Virus record (IMG/VR): IMGVR_UViG_3300042363_000536
Span: 1 to 44,721 of that record
Length of the DNA: 44,721 bases
Origin: a virus
Lineage: Duplodnaviria > Caudoviricetes
Reading direction: 5' to 3' (one strand)
Made by a program: the position numbers and the translations under genes
The notes under the pieces: generated by a model
Database searches by the model: none
Seen by the model: only the letters and a program-made list of their open reading frames with translations
Told to the model about the DNA's origin: nothing
Shown here: positions 16,659 to 24,920 of the stretch, piece by piece
Layout: each line of letters begins with the position of its first letter
Numbering within the stretch: the stretch's first letter is position 1

Positions 16659-17029
16659 ACGGAAAAGGATCACGACCCCGCAACAACTTCTCCAAGAAGT
16701 TCCGCGACAACTACGACGACATCTTCAAGAAGAAGAAGCCTGTAAGGCATCGAAGCGTCCTTACTCAAATCGCTATCAGCAACATGGAACGCTACAAGCT
16801 CGTGGGCTCTGATCGAGTCCTCCTCGTCCACCCCAAGACCCAGTGTGCAGGGCAACACTGTTGCATTCACAACCCGAGCGACCATCACATGAAAGACTGG
16901 CCCCAGAACTGGCGCGAGGATCGCGGCATCATGGAGCGTATTTGCCCCCACGGCATAGGACACCCCGACCCCGATGATCCGACCACAGACAAGGTTCACG
17001 GATGCGACGGATGCTGTACCCCACAATGA
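16655..17029 (+). CDS. Two-module hypothetical protein: basic peptide plus Cys/His-rich domain
   Basis: GKGSRPR..FRDNYDDIFKK followed by CCIHNPSDHHM...ERICPHGIGHPDPDD..HGCDGCC. Confidence 0.7.
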   Translation: MNGKGSRPRNNFSKKFRDNYDDIFKKKKPVRHRSVLTQIAISNMERYKLVGSDRVLLVHPKTQCAGQHCCIHNPSDHHMKDWPQNWREDRGIMERICPHGIGHPDPDDPTTDKVHGCDGCCTPQ

Positions 17030-17268
17030 ACGAGCCCAAGCAATACAAACGCGGTGACGTGCGCGAAGACGGATACGTCTTTCAACGCTACCAGTTCAAC
17101 GGCACCTACAACAAAGCCTATGAGGTTTGGATGTCGCCCCTCGCGCTCAAGGTCGAACGAGACCGAAAGACGAAATGGCGTCTCAACAACAAGGAAAAGG
17201 CGCTGGAAGCACGGCGCGCTTGGTACAGAAAGCGGAAGGAAGCGTCCGCGCCCGAAATAGAACTTTAA
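17026..17268 (+). CDS. Basic protein resembling the N-terminal part of phage HNH endonucleases
   Basis: KRGDVREDGYVF..Y...EVW motif plus basic helix; no nuclease motif. Confidence 0.55.
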   Translation: MNEPKQYKRGDVREDGYVFQRYQFNGTYNKAYEVWMSPLALKVERDRKTKWRLNNKEKALEARRAWYRKRKEASAPEIEL

Positions 17269-17338
17269 CGCCTGTGGGAGTCAGGCTTACCCTCCACCTC
17301 CCGACACACCCCAACAACGGCAAACAGAAAACACACAC

Positions 17339-19558
17339 ATGATCCTTCACTCACTCCCCAACCTGTCCACCCATGCCGTCGAGCAGACCACGCCCGACGC
17401 GGTGGCGGCGCTGTCGAACCCACGCCCTTTAGGGCAGACAAAAGAGCAGTTCCGAGCTTGGTGCACCGCCCCGACCACCAAAAGCAACTTCCTGTCTGTC
17501 TGGCAGGGCATCAACCCGAAGAGTCGCATCGCCTCCAATAACCCCGTCACACTGTTACACGGCATCATTGGAGACTATGACAGCGCCAGCGCGCACAGCC
17601 ACCTCAAGGATCTCCCCACATCCTGCGGCGTACTCCCCAACTGGGTCGCCTCCACCTTTACCCCCGGCAAGGTACGTCTGCTGTGGGAGTTTGAAACCCC
17701 TGTCTGCGTCTCCAACCCCGAGCTTACAGAGAGGTTCATGAAGGAGCTGGACAAGCGCATCAGGTTCTCGAAGGCGCTTCCCGGTTACGACAAGATGTCT
17801 GTCGGCGAAAACCAGTACTTTGAGATGGGGCAGGACTGGCGCAAGGTCACAGACGTAACCCCAGTACCAACCGCACTCCTAGAGATGGCTATGATCGAGG
17901 CCGGATCACACGCCAAGCTCAGTACGACCGACGTGGAAATCCCCATCGAGGCGATCGCCGCAGAGGTTCACAGACAATACCCCGCCCGATGGAACAAGCC
18001 TTTCGAGGTCGGTCAGCGCGGCCCCCTCTTCTGGATCGACGACGGCATCGACCGAGAGGGTTGCGTCATCAACGCAAACGGGATGGTCTGCTTCAGCGAC
18101 CGCGCCGCCTCGAACTTCATGCCTTGGCGAGCCATACTGGGCTCCAAGTTCGTGCAGGAGTACGAGCAGGAGTTGATCGGCGGTGCCGCCCAAACCTTCT
18201 ATTACGATGGCCGCAACTACTGGCGCAAAACGCAGGGTTGCTGGCAATCGTTCGCGAGGGAGGACGTGCGCGTCCAGCTCAAGGACATGGGGGTCAGCGA
18301 TCAGAAGCGCAAGAACCAGCCTGCAAGCGATCTGGAACGCGTCCTCGTGCACATCCAGCTTAACAGACGCGTCGCCGCCGCCGCTCCAATCCTTTTCAGG
18401 GACGGGGACGTGGAGGAGGTCGAGGGCGTCAAGTACCTGAACACCAACAACAGACAGGCCATGCAACCCGCGCCAGAGGGACAGGGCGACCCGTCACAGT
18501 TCCCTTGGATCTGGAATTTCATGGAGCAGGGGTTCGATGACGGCCACGACCTACAGGGCGACGCACCGAGGGCGAGGGATTATTTTCTGGGCTGGCTTCA
18601 CCACTTTTATGCGTCTGCGCTCAGACGGGATCTGCAACCCGGGCAGGTACTCGTGATCGCTGGCGACGCCCACACGGGCAAGTCATTCCTCAACCGCTGG
18701 CTCATCGGCGCGGCCTTGGGCGGGAGCATCAACGCGACCCAAGTACTGATGAAGCAGAGTTCCTTCAACAAGGGCGCTGGCGAAGTCGGTCATTGGAGGG
18801 TGGACGATGCGCCGACAGACGGAGACTACCGCGACAAGCGCCGTTTCACCCAAGCCCTGAAGGAACACGCCGCCAACCCGACGCTACTCTACCAACCGAA
18901 GTTCAAGGATGCCGTGGAACTGCCGTTCCTTGGCCGTGTCTGCATCACCATGAACCTCGACCCCGAGTCCTTGGCGCTCTTGCCTGCGATGGACAGCTCC
19001 TTTGCAGACAAGATCATGATGTTCAAGCTCCGCAAGGGGTTCAACCCCAAGTTCTTCCGAACAACGACCGAGAACGAGTCCATGATCCTCAAAGAATTGC
19101 CGTTCTTTCTGAGGTGGCTTCTGGACTGGGGCGAGTCACGCATCCCAGAGGAAATCGTGAACAAGGCCAAGCCCCGCTACGGCGTCAAGCCCTACCACCA
19201 CCCCGAGCTGGTGGAAGAGAGTCACGTCGAGACGATGGAGTATGGTCTGAAGGAAGTGCTCGAAAGCTGGTGCGTCGAGAAATCGAAGGACAAGAGTGCC
19301 CAAGGCGTCTACACGGCCAGCGAGCTTTTGCAGGAGCTACGGATGTCGGCGCTTGGCGACACCATTCGCAACATGACCCCCGTGATGGTAGGCCGCAATC
19401 TCAAGAAGCTCCACGGCGTGTACCCTAAACTCGAGAAAATTAGAGTGCTAAAAGGTATCACAAGATACACATTTAACTTCTGGGACGACGCAGAGTTCAT
19501 TGACGTGGTCGAAATCGAAAACGGGTCTGAAATCAAATCCGAGTCGGTGCCCTTTTAA
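17339..19558 (+). CDS. Primase (AEP-like) / SF3 helicase
   Basis: IIGDYD and STFTPGKVRLLW in the N-terminus; AGDAHTGKS, RVDDA and ITMN in the C-terminus. Confidence 0.85.
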   Translation: MILHSLPNLSTHAVEQTTPDAVAALSNPRPLGQTKEQFRAWCTAPTTKSNFLSVWQGINPKSRIASNNPVTLLHGIIGDYDSASAHSHLKDLPTSCGVLPNWVASTFTPGKVRLLWEFETPVCVSNPELTERFMKELDKRIRFSKALPGYDKMSVGENQYFEMGQDWRKVTDVTPVPTALLEMAMIEAGSHAKLSTTDVEIPIEAIAAEVHRQYPARWNKPFEVGQRGPLFWIDDGIDREGCVINANGMVCFSDRAASNFMPWRAILGSKFVQEYEQELIGGAAQTFYYDGRNYWRKTQGCWQSFAREDVRVQLKDMGVSDQKRKNQPASDLERVLVHIQLNRRVAAAAPILFRDGDVEEVEGVKYLNTNNRQAMQPAPEGQGDPSQFPWIWNFMEQGFDDGHDLQGDAPRARDYFLGWLHHFYASALRRDLQPGQVLVIAGDAHTGKSFLNRWLIGAALGGSINATQVLMKQSSFNKGAGEVGHWRVDDAPTDGDYRDKRRFTQALKEHAANPTLLYQPKFKDAVELPFLGRVCITMNLDPESLALLPAMDSSFADKIMMFKLRKGFNPKFFRTTTENESMILKELPFFLRWLLDWGESRIPEEIVNKAKPRYGVKPYHHPELVEESHVETMEYGLKEVLESWCVEKSKDKSAQGVYTASELLQELRMSALGDTIRNMTPVMVGRNLKKLHGVYPKLEKIRVLKGITRYTFNFWDDAEFIDVVEIENGSEIKSESVPF

Positions 19559-19569
19559 GTTAGTAAAAT

Positions 19570-19632
19570 AAAGCCTTGTTATATTGTGTCTGTGGTACAG
19601 GGTCACAGGGTTACAATATAACAAGGCTTTTT
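19570..19632. terminator. 18-bp perfect inverted repeat ending the replication operon
   Basis: AAAGCCTTGTTATATTGT (19570-19587) / ACAATATAACAAGGCTTT (19613-19630), 25-nt spacer, T-run after and A-rich before. Confidence 0.6.
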
Positions 19633-19659
19633 GCTGCACGTTAGCGAATTACGGGTCGC

Positions 19660-19954
19660 GGGGTGGCGATGAGCGAATCCCCACCCCATGCGATTAACAG
19701 AGTAAAACGAGGGTTTGGGGTGGGGAGGGGATGCCAACACAAATCCCCCCCTATATAAAAAACGATATGACGGGGGATACAATATACTCTCTCATAATAT
19801 AATTTTTTAAAATAATCTCCACCATCTCCACCCCACAAGGGTTATCCCCCTTTCGATGAACGACTTAAGCGGGGTGGAGATGCGGGGTGGAGATGGTTTT
19901 TAGAGTGGGCATCTCCACCCCCGACAGAGAAAAGTCCCGTTTTATCTCCACCCC
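19660..19954. repeat. Putative replication origin: ATCTCCACCCC iterons around an AT-rich core
   Basis: Copies at 19824, 19911, 19944 (+) and 19871, 19884 (-); variants at 19660, 19677, 19717, 19815; AT-rich stretch ~19752-19815; next to primase-helicase. Confidence 0.75.
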
Positions 19955-20039
19955 GCCTCTGTCGGGACTGATTTCGGTTCGATTTTGAAAATCGAGTTCG
20001 TGTCTTTTAAGATATAATATCGCCCGCTTGAATTATCGG

Positions 20040-20370
20040 TCTGTTAGTTGGCTGGGCCTATCGGGCTCTCTGGGTTTCCGGCGTCTGTCTTTCAGGGTGT
20101 CCGCCGCTCTCGGTGTCCGGCTCTCGGTTTCAGGTTCGCCTGTCTGTCTTTATCAGGGTATCAGGGTATCCGCTTTACAGATCCCCCTGATTTCGATAGG
20201 CGTTGACCCCGTCGGTTTGTGGTGTCGTGTGTGTGGAACCCCGTCTGTATCGTGTCCCTTCGACCTGCGGGCGGGGTTCTTTCACACCTGCGGTCGGTCT
20301 GTCTGCCCCCGATGGGGCCTCCCGGGATTCCCCGCCCCCGGGCACCGGGAACCCGGTGTCTGTCTTTCGC
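20040..20370 (+). repeat. A-poor non-coding tract with GTCTGTCTTT and TCAGGGT repeats
   Basis: GTCTGTCTTT at 20083, 20142 and 20358. Confidence 0.6.
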
Positions 20371-20374
20371 GGGC

Positions 20375-20413
20375 AAAAGAAAGCCCCCGCCACCTTTCGG
20401 CAACGGGGGCTTT
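20375..20413 (-). terminator. Rho-independent terminator of the leftward operon
   Basis: AAAGCCCCCG...CGGGGGCTTT stem with a U-rich tail on the minus strand, 24 nt after the last stop. Confidence 0.75.
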
Positions 20414-20436
20414 GACCAACAACAGCTTTTCGCGGG

Positions 20437-20760
20437 CTACTCCACCCCTAATTGGATCGCCGCAAATCTGACCGCTTTCCCCTGCGCGACGCCCGCCAAA
20501 AAGGCGCGGGCTAATTTGACGGCCTCACCGATCGGCCGATGCCCCTCCCAGACCAGTGATCTAGCACCGCCCGCGTCGTTGGCGATCTGTTGAATCTCAT
20601 ACCCCCCGTATGCCCCCGAAACATAAACGGCCCCCACGTTCGCCCTCCATCGTTTCGGCTCCCCTTCGGCGGCGGTGTTGATGTATGGTTCTGACGGCAC
20701 TCCCAGCGCGAACGCGATAGAGTTTGTGACGGCTTCCAGTTCTTTGCGTGTTGCTCTCAT
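20437..20760 (-). CDS. Early hypothetical protein (MRATRKELE...)
   Basis: ATG after an (ACCAAAAAC)n leader; GAYGGYEIQQI. Confidence 0.7.
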   Translation of the reverse strand: MRATRKELEAVTNSIAFALGVPSEPYINTAAEGEPKRWRANVGAVYVSGAYGGYEIQQIANDAGGARSLVWEGHRPIGEAVKLARAFLAGVAQGKAVRFAAIQLGVE

Positions 20761-20819
20761 GTTTTTGGTGTTTTTGGTGTTTTTGGTGTTTGGTGTTTTT
20801 GTCTGTCTGTCTGTCTGCA

Positions 20820-20996
20820 TTACCTAATGCAGGTCTTCAGTAAAATGCAGAAGGCGATCACGGTTACGAACGCCAGCGCATCCCATACGGCCAGCGCCCG
20901 ATCTAATGCCTCGCGCCTTTGACGGCGCTCGGCGTTGCGGGTCAGTTCGGTCGGCACGTCTCTCGTGCTCATGTTGCTCGTGCTTTGCGGGTTCAT
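20820..20996 (-). CDS. Small membrane protein
   Basis: ATGA overlap with the upstream gene; C-terminal hydrophobic helix. Confidence 0.55.
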   Translation of the reverse strand: MNPQSTSNMSTRDVPTELTRNAERRQRREALDRALAVWDALAFVTVIAFCILLKTCIR

Positions 20997-21328
20997 GCTA
21001 CGGCCTCCCGTTCGTTGTACAGGCGTATGATCGGCCACGGCGCGGCGTCAATTTCGGCCTGTATCGTTGCGGCGTCTCTCCCGACACACTCCCATTGCTC
21101 CCACGACCCCCCAAGCGGGGTGTTGCATAGCTGGCAGGGCATGGAGGCGGGGAGCGCGTGGTTGCTGTACTGGATCCCCGCCAGCTTCCCATTGAGGAAA
21201 GCGAACGTGACCGCCTCGCCGTTCGTGTGCTTTTCGCTCGGCGTGATCGTCGCCGTGATAGGTTCGCCGCAATGGCGGCACGCGCTTTTCAGCGTGCGCC
21301 CTGTCTGTCTGTCTGTTTTCGTGTTCAT
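20993..21328 (-). CDS. Early hypothetical protein with two CxxC motifs
   Basis: CRHC and CQLC; CA-rich leader. Confidence 0.65.
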   Translation of the reverse strand: MNTKTDRQTGRTLKSACRHCGEPITATITPSEKHTNGEAVTFAFLNGKLAGIQYSNHALPASMPCQLCNTPLGGSWEQWECVGRDAATIQAEIDAAPWPIIRLYNEREAVA

Positions 21329-21358
21329 AGTGTTTTACGGGTTCGGGTTGGTTGGCTT

Positions 21359-21697
21359 TTAATACTCATCGGGCAACAGGCACGTCGTGAGACTGCGATC
21401 CCATTCTGTGATTACCCACAGACGTTCGCCGTCTTCCGTTCGCGTGTAAGTGCTCATCAATCGGTCGCCGTTTTCTAATGCGCGGTCGTTTGTCTCTTTG
21501 TCTTCCTGACAGATGTCACCCCATTTCCCCCGCGCGTGATCGGCGAGAGCTGGCAGTATTTCCTCGGGCGCGAATGCTCGGGCTACTCCCGCCGTGATCG
21601 CAACGTTGCCAAGGGGAAACTTGGCGGCGGCGATGATGCGGTGCATTGCGGCGTCAATCATGGCGCGCGTGATGGGCTGGCTGTTTTCGTTGTTCAT
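21359..21697 (-). CDS. Conserved uncharacterised plasmid/phage protein
   Basis: FPLG.VAIT.G...H.RGKWGD...ED...N..AL..G.RLMS.Y...WVITE.DRS.TT.LLP.EY. Confidence 0.8.
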   Translation of the reverse strand: MNNENSQPITRAMIDAAMHRIIAAAKFPLGNVAITAGVARAFAPEEILPALADHARGKWGDICQEDKETNDRALENGDRLMSTYTRTEDGERLWVITEWDRSLTTCLLPDEY

Positions 21698-21721
21698 GTT
21701 GGTAGGTAGGTTGGTTGGTGA

Positions 21722-22600
21722 TTACTCGGCATTCTCAGCGACGGCGGCGAGGTGCTTCAATACCCACGCCACGGGATCGGCGAGGGGTGATCCCTGACGG
21801 CGTTCGTCGCCGTGGAACACGTTTGACAGGACAACGTCCGATGGTGAGCACCAATCGCCCAAAAGACGGCGACAAGCGGCCTCCCTGACACTCAGGTCAT
21901 CATCCATGATCCCCTTTGCGCGCTTCCCCTGACTCCATCTCCCGTCAAATCCGTTAACCCCGGCGATCGTGTAGGGCATGGAACGGGAGTGACCGCCCGA
22001 TGTCATGCACCAAGCGACCGACGACAAATCAACGGGGGAAGTCCGCATTTTGCAGACCACTATTGAAGCGTCACCCTTGTCGCCGTGAACCGTTGAAAAC
22101 GTGAACAGCTCAACGGCCCTGCCTTGGCGAATGAGCGCCATTGCAAGCGCCAACGCCGCAATCCCCCGCTTGGCGAGGTTTTCAGCCGAAACGCCGGCGC
22201 TCGACGTAGTGCAGACGAAAACGCGGACGGGGGCCTTTTCTGACAGCTCAACGTGACGGCGGCGGATCATGTTTTCGGGATCGTTGGCAAGGAACGCCGC
22301 AACGTCGGGATAGGCCCCCGCAACGTCATGGACGAACTCCACGCCAGCGCGGTCTAGTTCTACGTCTATTTTGTCAATCATGGCTTCGGCCTTTTCAACG
22401 CCGCTTATATCCCCCGTTGCGGCTCGGGCCTTAGTCTCGGCCAGCGATTCACCCACCCAGCGGCGGTGACTATCGCTGTCAGTCCAATTCCCCCGACGAT
22501 CGCCAGCGGCGGCGAGTTCCACAGCGGCCAGCATGGCGGCGGGATCGCTGAAAGCAACGCGCCCCATGTCGTCGAAGACTGCTTTGTCTGTAATGTTCAT
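21722..22600 (-). CDS. vWA-like partner of the AAA+ ATPase
   Basis: DVAGAYPDVAAFLANDPENM then beta-strand VRVFVCTTSSAG (degenerate MIDAS); directly downstream of the ATPase. Confidence 0.65.
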   Translation of the reverse strand: MNITDKAVFDDMGRVAFSDPAAMLAAVELAAAGDRRGNWTDSDSHRRWVGESLAETKARAATGDISGVEKAEAMIDKIDVELDRAGVEFVHDVAGAYPDVAAFLANDPENMIRRRHVELSEKAPVRVFVCTTSSAGVSAENLAKRGIAALALAMALIRQGRAVELFTFSTVHGDKGDASIVVCKMRTSPVDLSSVAWCMTSGGHSRSMPYTIAGVNGFDGRWSQGKRAKGIMDDDLSVREAACRRLLGDWCSPSDVVLSNVFHGDERRQGSPLADPVAWVLKHLAAVAENAE

Positions 22601-22627
22601 AATCGTGTGATGTTGGCGTTAAAACGA

Positions 22628-23836
22628 TTAAGCGGCGACCTGTGCCCAAGTCCCCTCGGGAAGGCCCTTGCGGACAGCCGTAGCGGCTACCTCATCCCAT
22701 GAAAGCCCCGCCTGTAGGAGTTTAGCGCCGTTGATTGACGCACGGGGGGAAACGACGTGTTTCACGCCAGCCTTGGCGATTTTAGCGCGGACGCCCTGCA
22801 CGAATGAGACCCACTTTCCACCAAGCTGTTGATCGGCGATGAAGGAGAGTGCCAGCGTCCGCTCTAATGCTTCATCATTTTCCCATGACAGCGACACGAA
22901 ACGATCAACAAAAGCGGCGTCCATTTTAGCGCGTCCGACATAATCATGCGTCGCGCCGGAGCCCCAAGTGTTTGCGGCCGCAATGCAACGGAAATTCTCA
23001 TGGCGCTTGAAATTCCCGTCAGGGAAATCACAATGGCCGTTTGCAAGGGCGGCGTTAAACGCCAGCACCGCCGAAGGAAGAGAAGCGTCTACCTCATCGA
23101 ACAAATACACGCCGCCGTTGACGAACGCCTCGCGAAACGGACGCGATACAACACGCCCTTGGGCGTCGGTAAATCCCAAAAGCTTATGCTCTGAGTCGAT
23201 CGCGCCGTTGAAGCTGAAGGGGAGATCGAGGGCCTTGGCAACATTCTCGGCGGCGGTCGTCTTTCCCGTTCCTGCTGGCCCTGTCAGCCACACGTTCACG
23301 CCAGCGCCGATCATTTTCAGCAATGTCGGGAAATTGCGATGCTGAAGGCCCATATCTTTGTCAGCCTTCATGGGCTCGGCGATGGTGACGCGGATTGGCT
23401 GAAGGCCCGCTTCTTCGCGAACAATGCGACGAACCGCCTCGGCGTCAATCCCCTGTTTCGGCATGAGGGCGGCGAGGGCGGCCCCTAGTTGAGCGGCGGC
23501 GTCATCGGTCACGTTGACGGCGGCGGGGGCGCTGGCCGTCTCGGCCTTGGTCTCGGCCTCGGTCTCGGCCTTGGTCTCGGCCTTGGTCTCAGTCTCGGCC
23601 TTGGCGTCGGTCAATAGTGCGACATAATCGGCGACGGCCTCGGCCTCACTATGACCAAGCGCCGTGTTGAGTTGAGCAATCGTCAGCCGATCGGTCACGG
23701 CGGCGGTGAAACCAAGGGAGCGGATAAAGCGCCTTGCAACGCCTCGGTTGGTGCTGTCGATGCTGGCAATGGATGACAGCTCGAGCGCGATGGAAACTTG
23801 CTCGGCGGTCGGGTTGTTGATGTTCGGGACGTTCAT
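22628..23836 (-). CDS. MoxR/CbbQ/CobS-like AAA+ ATPase
   Basis: GPAGTGKT, YLFDEVD, IAAANTWG, MDAAFVDRF, VSPRA; start placed after the CA-rich leader; AET[K/E] repeat linker. Confidence 0.9.
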   Translation of the reverse strand: MNVPNINNPTAEQVSIALELSSIASIDSTNRGVARRFIRSLGFTAAVTDRLTIAQLNTALGHSEAEAVADYVALLTDAKAETETKAETKAETEAETKAETASAPAAVNVTDDAAAQLGAALAALMPKQGIDAEAVRRIVREEAGLQPIRVTIAEPMKADKDMGLQHRNFPTLLKMIGAGVNVWLTGPAGTGKTTAAENVAKALDLPFSFNGAIDSEHKLLGFTDAQGRVVSRPFREAFVNGGVYLFDEVDASLPSAVLAFNAALANGHCDFPDGNFKRHENFRCIAAANTWGSGATHDYVGRAKMDAAFVDRFVSLSWENDEALERTLALSFIADQQLGGKWVSFVQGVRAKIAKAGVKHVVSPRASINGAKLLQAGLSWDEVAATAVRKGLPEGTWAQVAA

Positions 23837-23966
23837 TTTGTTGTGTTGTTGGTTGTTGTTGTTGGTGCCTAGTGGCAAGGTCAACCTATAGGGAAAAGAC
23901 AAAAAGACAACAACAAAAAACAAAAAAACGTCGGCGGTGAATCCCCCATGTTGTAGGTTCTCGGCC

Positions 23967-24497
23967 ATGCCACGACCGAAAGCATTACCTCGCATTCTCG
24001 CCGAAACGCCCGCCGCCGTTGCTACGCTCGACGGCGTGCAGACTGACCGCCAAGCTGATTTTGTCCGATACTACGCTCAGACAGGCGTGAACGGCGCGGA
24101 GGCGGCCCGCCTCGCTGGCTACAGCGAACCAAAGCAGGCGGCGTGGCGCTTACTCTCACTCCCCCATGTTCGCGCCGCCGTTCGCGCCGCTCGGGAGGTT
24201 GCGATCAACGGCGACCTCGCCAAGCTCGCCCTAGAAACTCTCGGCCAGCTCATGACCGCCGAAACGACGCCCGCCGCCGTGAAGCACAGCGCCGCTCGAA
24301 CATCTCTTGAAATGGCAGGACACCTCGGGAAAGCACCAGAAACGGCGCTGGCCGATCGCCCGCTCGCTGAGCTGAGCGTCGCCGAACTACAGAGGTTCGT
24401 GGAGGAAGGGGAGCGCGCCCTCGCTTCGGTCAAAATCGTGCCCGCCAAGGTCATCAGCGCCCCGCATAACGCCCCGAATACCTCGCCGACGCTGTAG
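23967..24497 (+). CDS. terS: Terminase small subunit
   Basis: TDRQADFVRYY...NGAEAARLAGYS...AWRLL..PHVRAAV HTH signature. Confidence 0.8.
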   Translation: MPRPKALPRILAETPAAVATLDGVQTDRQADFVRYYAQTGVNGAEAARLAGYSEPKQAAWRLLSLPHVRAAVRAAREVAINGDLAKLALETLGQLMTAETTPAAVKHSAARTSLEMAGHLGKAPETALADRPLAELSVAELQRFVEEGERALASVKIVPAKVISAPHNAPNTSPTL

Positions 24498-24554
24498 CCA
24501 TGCGGCCCGTTACCGCCGTCATGAGGCGAGAAGGCCCCGCCAGCGCGTCGGGAT

Positions 24555-24760
24555 TTTGTCCGCTGTCTGCACCCATTGTTGTCTTTTCCCTACCATTAGC
24601 GGGCAACCTCGCGCTTCATAAGAGAGAAATGGACATGATTTCTGTCACTTGTCTGCCCTGTCACCATGTCGCCCTGCTACTCTGTAACGTTGTAAGACAG
24701 CACCATGTCTGCCCTGTCTGTCTGCCGATCCCGATCGTCGGCGTTCCTGTCTGTCAGACA
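24555..24760 (+). repeat. TGTC-rich repeat cluster after terS (candidate pac/end region)
   Basis: TGTCTGCCCTGTC at 24650 and 24706; CACCATGTC at 24662 and 24701; many TGTC units on one strand. Confidence 0.6.
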
Positions 24761-24848
24761 ATGCCAGACCCCCGCCTACACCCCCAAAACGGCCAGCGGC
24801 GAACGCGGCCACGGTTGCCGACAAAATTTCTAGGAAATGAAATGAAAC

Positions 24849-24863
24849 CCTACATTTTGTAGG
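24849..24863. promoter_or_regulatory. Perfect operator palindrome upstream of the late operon
   Basis: CCTACA-TTT-TGTAGG, overlapping a TAGGCT hexamer as at the cro promoter. Confidence 0.75.
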
Positions 24864-24920
24864 CTAGTGTAGAAAAAAGTTGTTTCCAAACCAACAAAGA
24901 GCTTGTAGCTTCACGGCGCA

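Noticed and set aside
2279-19610. CAGGGTCACAGGG at 2279 and 19598
   Set aside because: Isolated 13-mer pairs are expected by chance in 45 kb, and the contexts differ.
19641-20593. ORFs 19641..19838, 20028..20471, 20161..20403 and neighbours
   Set aside because: They overlie origin, repeat and terminator DNA and are low-complexity; probably spurious.
22628-23836. Cobalamin biosynthesis gene (cobS) as a metabolic gene
   Set aside because: Only a generic MoxR-type AAA+ signature; no cobN or other cob genes.
24500-24862. 120-aa ORF after terS
   Set aside because: It translates the TGTC repeat and operator region, so it is more likely non-coding.
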